A stretch of DNA of 64,000 bases from an uncultured Alphaproteobacteria bacterium (GTDB lineage: Bacteria; Pseudomonadota; Alphaproteobacteria; UBA6615). The stretch lies in NCBI GenBank assembly GCA_964276015.1, contig CAXYDO010000002.1, positions 162,151 to 226,150 of the forward strand, in the 5' to 3' direction. Below are positions 57,286-64,000 of this stretch, piece after piece. A program made the position numbers and the translations under genes. Each line of letters opens with the position of its first letter. Positions within the stretch are counted from its first letter, which is position 1. The notes beneath the pieces were generated by a model, which was not told the DNA's origin, did not search any database, and saw only the letters and a list, made by a program, of their open reading frames with translations.

Positions 57286-58077
57286 TCACACGACGGGCGT
57301 GCGTCCTCCGTCCACATTGATTGCACATCCGGTGACATAGGACGCGGCGTCGGAGACCAGGAAACAGGCCATATTGGCGAATTCCTCGGCTTCACCGATG
57401 CGGCCCAGCGGGATTTCCTTTTCCTTGGGGGCGATGAAATCTTCGAAAGATTTGTCGGCCGCCTGGTTTTGATGACGGCGTTCATGTTGTCCGGAGCGGA
57501 TCAAACCCACCAGCAAGGCGTTGACCAGAATATTGTCGGGCGCCCCTTCCCCGGCGAGAACCTTGGTCAGCGCCATCCCGGCGGCCCGGGAAACCGAGGT
57601 CGGCGCGCTACCCGCGCCTGGCGTCTTCGCGCTGCCCGCGAGCACATTGATGATCCGACCCCATTTGCGTTCCGCCATGCCCGGCATCGCCAGACGGCAA
57701 AGTCGAATAGCAGCAAACAGTTTCAAATCCAGATCGGCCTGCCAGCGTTCATCCGAGCATTCGAGAAACGGCCCAATGGCATGCGCCCCGGCATTGTTCA
57801 CCAGAATATCAACATTGCCAAAAAGCCCGCCGACGTCTGACCAGGTTTTCCCGATCTGATCCATCTTCGTGACATCACAGGGCAAGGCTTCAATCTTCAC
57901 GCTATTACCACCCACTGCAGAACGAACACTGTCCCGCGCGGCCTCCAGCGTGTCGGCGCTCCGCGCAATCATCGCGACATTGGCGCCGGATTCCGCGAAT
58001 TCGCGCGCCATCGCCAGACCTAGGCCTTCACTGGCACCTGTAATAACCGCCGTGCGGCCATCAAGACGTACTTCCAT
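57286..58077 (-). CDS. SDR family oxidoreductase (short-chain dehydrogenase/reductase).
   Basis: 263 aa from the ATG at 58075-58077 with RBS gggagag (MEVRLDGRTAVITGASEGLGLA...NNAG...). The track's upstream extension is non-coding. Confidence 0.85.
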   Translation of the reverse strand: MEVRLDGRTAVITGASEGLGLAMAREFAESGANVAMIARSADTLEAARDSVRSAVGGNSVKIEALPCDVTKMDQIGKTWSDVGGLFGNVDILVNNAGAHAIGPFLECSDERWQADLDLKLFAAIRLCRLAMPGMAERKWGRIINVLAGSAKTPGAGSAPTSVSRAAGMALTKVLAGEGAPDNILVNALLVGLIRSGQHERRHQNQAADKSFEDFIAPKEKEIPLGRIGEAEEFANMACFLVSDAASYVTGCAINVDGGRTPVV

Positions 58078-58156
58078 GATTTTCTCTCCCGGTTTCGCTA
58101 CACTTCTGATCTTACGCTGAAGCCAGCGCTTTGACAGCGCAACGGGAGCATGTTGC

Positions 58157-60475
58157 ATGACAAAAACCACGCACCGGCACTCTTCCCATTGGGGAGCCTT
58201 TACCGCTGACGTCGAAAATGGACGTCTCACTGCTGTTCACCCGTTTGCCCAAGACCAGGACCCCTCCCCCATCATCCACTCGCTGGCTGATGCGGTCTAT
58301 GACGAGAGCCGGGTTGAGAAACCCATGTTCCGCAAAGGCTGGCTCAACCGGTCGAATGGCGGCACGCGGGAGAATCGAGGCGTCGATCCGTTTGTGGCCG
58401 TCCCCTGGGATGAAGCCTTGGACATGGTCGGGGCCGAAATCGATCGCGTGCGCACAGAACATGGAAACGCGGCGATCTTTGGAGGTTCGTATGGCTGGTC
58501 GAGTGCGGGGCGCTTCCATCACGCCAAGGGCCAGTTACAACGCTTCCTCAACACCGTCGGTGGATTTACCGACCAGGTGCACACCTATTCGATCGCAGCT
58601 GGCTACGCGATCCTGCCGCATATTCTGGGGACCGCCCGTGCCGCGATGACCGAAGCAACGAGCTGGGACTCGATTGTCGAGAACACGGAACTGATGGTCG
58701 CGTTCGGCGGGATCCCCCTCAAGAACGCGCAAGTGGCCGCTGGCGGACCAGGGGATCATGTCACCGGGCCGTATTTGAAAGCCGCCCGCGAAGCCGGCGT
58801 CGATTTCGTAAACATCTCGCCCTTACGCGACGACATGGGAGATCATCTCGACGCCGAGTGGATTGCGATCCGCCCGAATACCGACGTCGCGATGATGCTC
58901 GGCCTCGCCCACACCCTGGAAACCGAAGGTCTGGCCAATCATGAATTTCTGAAGACCCACTGTGTCGGCTACGAGACGTTCCGCAGCTACTTGCTGGGCG
59001 AGGCAGACGGATGCGTCAGGGATGCGGACTGGGCCGCGCCGATTTGTGAGATCAGCGCCGATACAATTCGTGAACTCGCGCGGCGAATGGCCGGTTCGCG
59101 CACGCTCGTTAACACAAACTGGTCGCTGCAACGCGGCGATCACGGCGAACAGCCCTTCTGGATGACCGTGACCCTCGCCGCCATGCTCGGCGGGATCGGG
59201 TTTCCGGGTCAGGGATTCGGTTTTGGCTATGGCAGCATGGGTAACATTGGCAATCCACGACAGACCGCCCCTTCTCCGACACTGGTGACAGGGACCAATC
59301 CCTGCGACAGCTGGATCCCCGTCGCCCGGATCTCGGATATGTTGCTCAACCCGGGCAAGCCGTACGAATTCGACGGGGAAACGCGCACCTATCCGGATAT
59401 CCGTCTGGTCTACTGGTGTGGGGGCAATCCGTTCCATCATCACCAGGACCTGAACCGTCTGGTTCGCGCCTGGCGGCAACCTGAAACCGTCATCGTGAAC
59501 GAACCGTGGTGGACTGCCACCGCGAAGTTCTCCGATATCGTGCTTCCCTCAACCACGACCCTGGAACGCAAGGATATCGGCGCATCATCCCGCGACCGCT
59601 TTATTATGGCGATGGACAAAACCATCGAGCCGGTTGGTGACGCACTGGATGATTTCGATATCTTCCGCGGCCTGTCCATACGGACGGGCACTCATGAGGC
59701 CTTCACGGAAGGACGTGAGCCGGAAGAATGGTTGCGGCATATTTATGACCGCGCACGCCAGAGCGCGGCCGAAAAAGACATCACCATGCCCTCCTACGAA
59801 GAGTTTTGGGAAACCGGGCATATCGAAATCCCACGCCCCGCCAAACCGACGGTGATGTTCGAGACCTTTCGCGCAGATCCAACGTCAAACCCGCTTCCCT
59901 CACCTTCCGGGAAGATCGAAATCTTTTCCGAAGTCGTCGATGGCTTTGGCTATGACGATTGCCCAGGCCATCCGGTTTGGCGCGAACCCATCGAATGGCT
60001 GGGCGCCCCGGCGGCGCAAACCTATCCGCTTCACATGATCTCAAATCAGCCGCGCACACGTCTGCACGGCCAACTCGACAATGGTCGCGTGAGCCGCGAT
60101 GACAAGATCGACGGCCGGGAGCCGATCTGGATCCACCCGGATGATGCTGCCGAACGCAAACTGACGGACGGCGATATCGTCCGGGTATTCAACGACCGTG
60201 GGGCCCTGCTCGCCGGCGTCCGGATCACACCGGAAGTCCGCCCGGGCGTGGTCCAATTGGCAACAGGTGCCTGGTACGATCCCGAAAACCCCGCCCGGAA
60301 AAACAGCCTCGACAAACACGGTAACCCGAACGTTTTGACCATCGACAAAGGCACCTCCCAACTTGGTCAGGGCCCCATCGCCCATAGTGCGCTGGTGGAA
60401 ATAGGCCGGTTCGACGGAGAACTGCCGAACGTCACCGCGCATAAGCCGCCAACAATTGTGTCACGCGAAGTTTAG
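58157..60475 (+). CDS. Molybdopterin-dependent S-/N-oxide reductase of the DMSO reductase family (BisC/TorZ-like). No Tat signal, so predicted cytoplasmic.
   Basis: 772 aa. N-terminus ...HSSHWGAF... like biotin sulfoxide reductase. Molybdopterin dinucleotide-binding domains follow. Confidence 0.85.
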   Translation: MTKTTHRHSSHWGAFTADVENGRLTAVHPFAQDQDPSPIIHSLADAVYDESRVEKPMFRKGWLNRSNGGTRENRGVDPFVAVPWDEALDMVGAEIDRVRTEHGNAAIFGGSYGWSSAGRFHHAKGQLQRFLNTVGGFTDQVHTYSIAAGYAILPHILGTARAAMTEATSWDSIVENTELMVAFGGIPLKNAQVAAGGPGDHVTGPYLKAAREAGVDFVNISPLRDDMGDHLDAEWIAIRPNTDVAMMLGLAHTLETEGLANHEFLKTHCVGYETFRSYLLGEADGCVRDADWAAPICEISADTIRELARRMAGSRTLVNTNWSLQRGDHGEQPFWMTVTLAAMLGGIGFPGQGFGFGYGSMGNIGNPRQTAPSPTLVTGTNPCDSWIPVARISDMLLNPGKPYEFDGETRTYPDIRLVYWCGGNPFHHHQDLNRLVRAWRQPETVIVNEPWWTATAKFSDIVLPSTTTLERKDIGASSRDRFIMAMDKTIEPVGDALDDFDIFRGLSIRTGTHEAFTEGREPEEWLRHIYDRARQSAAEKDITMPSYEEFWETGHIEIPRPAKPTVMFETFRADPTSNPLPSPSGKIEIFSEVVDGFGYDDCPGHPVWREPIEWLGAPAAQTYPLHMISNQPRTRLHGQLDNGRVSRDDKIDGREPIWIHPDDAAERKLTDGDIVRVFNDRGALLAGVRITPEVRPGVVQLATGAWYDPENPARKNSLDKHGNPNVLTIDKGTSQLGQGPIAHSALVEIGRFDGELPNVTAHKPPTIVSREV

Positions 60476-60562
60476 AGCCAACGCGAAGATTGGAGCCAAT
60501 AAATTCGGCCACCACAGGCAGCTCGCTTCACCTGATGTAAACCAATGCTGGACCATCAATAG

Positions 60563-60850
60563 TTAAGTCGTCCAAGTTATCGTCCGCACAAATATGTCGT
60601 TGGACATCGAGAGAATACTGACCATGGAATCATCAATGATGATCGTGAAGACGTCGGGACATCGCTTATACGCCGCCCGGAGTGATGTCGGATCCCCGGT
60701 CATCAGGATGATTTTGACATCGCTATCGGTGTCGGCGAGCTTGTCGACGGCCCCGACCCCATCGAGGATCGGCATCCGGATATTCATGATGACCAGAATG
60801 GAGCGACGATCGGAGGTTTCCTCAGACACATTCTCGGAAGCAAGAGACAT
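60563..60850 (-). CDS. Orphan response-regulator receiver-domain fragment (C-terminal two-thirds only) with Asn at the phospho-acceptor position. Likely a gene remnant.
   Basis: 95 aa. ...ILVIMNIRMPILDG...KIILMTGD... aligns to CheY FVISDWNMPNMDG...PVLMVTAE, with D57 replaced by N. The beta1-alpha1 N-terminus is absent in all upstream frames. It lies in a lower-GC patch (60476..60940). Confidence 0.45.
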   Translation of the reverse strand: MSLASENVSEETSDRRSILVIMNIRMPILDGVGAVDKLADTDSDVKIILMTGDPTSLRAAYKRCPDVFTIIIDDSMVSILSMSNDIFVRTITWTT

Positions 60851-60932
60851 ACGTCAATCCTTTCGAAGCCGCGGCCGTTGTTTCACACCAATAGGTTGAA
60901 CCACAGTATAACAAAGGTTTGAGATGCGTGAA

Positions 60933-62361
<1,429 letters not shown>

Positions 62362-62475
62362 AATCGTTCCTCGCATGATGGCAGACTGATAGTTTCACAC
62401 CACCGAAGCACAAATCAGCTTGTTGTTCCAACCGGCGCGCAAGACCGGTTGGCATTATTACGAGTGAGGATGAAT

Positions 62476-63372
62476 ATGGATTCGCAGCGCACCCTGATTG
62501 GAATACTGGTTATTCTCGCCGTCAGCGTGGGATTTGCTTTTGGCAACACCCTCGCCAGCCTTTCCTACGCCAGCGGCAGCGGGCCTCTTGCTGTTTCGAC
62601 GACACGGTTTGTGCTGCCAGCGATCATCCTGATCGGCCTGCTGCTTGTCTCTGGCAAGTCGATCCTGTTGCCGCGTCGTGACGGTTTAATCGCCATGGGC
62701 CTTGGGTTTGTGACGGTGATTTATTCCTGGTCCATTCTCTCGGCCATCGAAGTGCTCCCGGTTTCCCTCGCTATTCTCATTTTCTTTCTCTTCCCGGTCT
62801 TCACCTCTTTCATCATCGCGATCCTCGGTTGGGAGACGCTGCGGCCCGCAACAGTCATTGCTGCCGTTGTCGCTTTCGGGGGCCTCTCACTCGCACTCGG
62901 CGTGAGCGCGGAAAGCCTCCGCCTGAGTGGCGTGGTTCTCGCTGCCATTGGTGCGTTGGGACTTGCGATTGTTTCCGTCGTCAGCAGCCGGGTTATCAAG
63001 GCCGGGGACTCACGTCAGGTCACCCTCCATCTGGTGACGACGGCCGCGGTTTCATTCGCCGTCATTTCGCTGTTCAAAGGCGAATTCCTGTTGCCGCAAT
63101 CATCGATCGGCTGGTGGAGTTTTCTAGGTAGCAATCTGCTTTTCGCCGGTGCCATGATTGGCTTCTTCGTCGGCATCTCAATGATCGGGCCGGTCAAAGC
63201 GACCCTGTTCTCCTATATCGAGCCTCTCGTAACGATCGTAGCCGCGTTCCTGATCCTTGGGCAATCGCTTTTCCCGCTCCAGATCCTCGGCGTTGTAATC
63301 GTCGTCGGAGCGCTGGTGATGGCCGGGCTGATGAGCTTGCGCAACACCGGCCCGACGCATACCGAGAGCTAA
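62476..63372 (+). CDS. DMT-superfamily (EamA-type) transporter.
   Basis: 298 aa from the ATG at 62476 (MDSQRTLIGILVILAV...), RBS tgagga. The track start is a TTG 9 codons earlier. 10-TM profile. Confidence 0.8.
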   Translation: MDSQRTLIGILVILAVSVGFAFGNTLASLSYASGSGPLAVSTTRFVLPAIILIGLLLVSGKSILLPRRDGLIAMGLGFVTVIYSWSILSAIEVLPVSLAILIFFLFPVFTSFIIAILGWETLRPATVIAAVVAFGGLSLALGVSAESLRLSGVVLAAIGALGLAIVSVVSSRVIKAGDSRQVTLHLVTTAAVSFAVISLFKGEFLLPQSSIGWWSFLGSNLLFAGAMIGFFVGISMIGPVKATLFSYIEPLVTIVAAFLILGQSLFPLQILGVVIVVGALVMAGLMSLRNTGPTHTES

Positions 63373-63752
63373 CCGAGATAAGCCGTGGACGAGATTTCGA
63401 CTAGAAACTCCGGTTTCACCAGGTCTGCGCGAATGCAGTATCGCGCCGGAGAATTCGTCCCGAAATATTCTTTGTAGATTTCGTTCATCGCCGCATAATC
63501 GCCCAGATCAGCGAGAAAAATCTGATTGAATGCGACATCCAATAGCGAACCGCCCGCGGCTTCGACCACACCTTTGATGGCCTCGATGACACAGCGCGTC
63601 TGCGCTCGGACATCGCCTTCACCAACGATTCCCCCATCGGTATCCATCGCCAGAATGCCCGAGACATAGACGGTGTTACCGGCTCTGACCCCCGGCGAAT
63701 AAGGCGCCAGTGGCGGCGCGGATCCTGCGGGAATAATCGGTTCATGGGCCAT
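63369..63752 (-). CDS. RidA/YjgF family protein (enamine/imine deaminase; 2-aminomuconate deaminase-like in this context).
   Basis: 127 aa, YjgF fold (...VYVSGILAMDTDGGIVGEGDVRAQTR...). Confidence 0.85.
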   Translation of the reverse strand: MAHEPIIPAGSAPPLAPYSPGVRAGNTVYVSGILAMDTDGGIVGEGDVRAQTRCVIEAIKGVVEAAGGSLLDVAFNQIFLADLGDYAAMNEIYKEYFGTNSPARYCIRADLVKPEFLVEISSTAYLG

Positions 63753-63779
63753 GTCGTTTTCCTTTTCAGAGTATGTGGT

Positions 63780-64000
63780 TCAGCGTTCCAGAAATGCGCT
63801 GATAATGCTGTTGAACTGGTCGGGCACCGTGCGCGAACACGCATGCCCGCCATAATCGAAAGAGTACAATTCTGCGGTCGGAATTCCGGCGGCCAGGGCC
63901 TCGGAAAAATAATGTGGGGTCTGGTTGTCGTCCCGCGCGCACACGACCAGGGTCGATGTGTCGATCTGTGCGAGCTGATCGCGACGATCATAGGCCTGGA
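63780..64000 (-). CDS. Alpha/beta hydrolase, C-terminal part only (the N-terminus lies beyond the window end).
   Basis: Minus-strand frame ...IDTSTLVVCARDDNQTPHYFSEALAAGIPTAELYSFDYGGHACSRTVPDQFNSIISAFLER* ends at the TGA (63780-63782). It is the typical C-terminal catalytic Asp/His region of meta-cleavage-product hydrolases. Confidence 0.6.
   Translation of the reverse strand, partial: QAYDRRDQLAQIDTSTLVVCARDDNQTPHYFSEALAAGIPTAELYSFDYGGHACSRTVPDQFNSIISAFLER

Overview
This 64-kb window has about 65% GC and its codon usage and gene content look like an alphaproteobacterial chromosome. It is a dense, almost entirely metabolic accessory-type region. The left end carries a partial glutamate synthase large subunit gene (gltB). 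Most of the remaining window is catabolic enzymes centred on CoA-thioester chemistry, with permeases and oxidoreductases. The CoA-linked set includes three family III CoA-transferases, an Mcd-like acyl-CoA dehydrogenase, a MaoC double-hotdog hydratase, a crotonase, a 3-hydroxyacyl-CoA dehydrogenase and a thiolase-like protein. The right end carries the start of a 3-hydroxyanthranilate/2-aminophenol-type cluster (nbaC-like dioxygenase, class IV aminotransferase, RidA, partial hydrolase). No rRNA, tRNA, CRISPR, transposase, integrase or phage genes were recognised. Features worth follow-up are: (1) a GST-omega-like gene whose catalytic Cys codon is an in-frame TGA, so it is either a selenoprotein candidate or a nonsense pseudogene; (2) two copies of a ~150-bp highly structured intergenic repeat in inverted orientation bracketing one CoA-transferase gene; (3) a duplicated 2-oxoacid dehydrogenase E1 alpha/beta pair arranged divergently, one pair in an operon with an ALS-like ThDP enzyme and an FAH hydrolase, and no E2/E3 genes; (4) two adjacent genes, an alpha/beta hydrolase and a Gfo/Idh/MocA oxidoreductase, disrupted by four in-frame stops plus a homopolymer frameshift; (5) a decayed GntR/HutC regulator with an intact-looking operator palindrome, which is the only regulator recognised in the window; (6) a 550-bp AT-rich island with a perfect 9-bp inverted repeat; and (7) pervasive tandem gene duplication (DMT transporters, LLM monooxygenases, HIBADH dehydrogenases, racemase-like genes). 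Coordinates of internal starts were derived by codon arithmetic from the supplied ORF track. The track lists GTG and TTG starts as M, which was taken into account.
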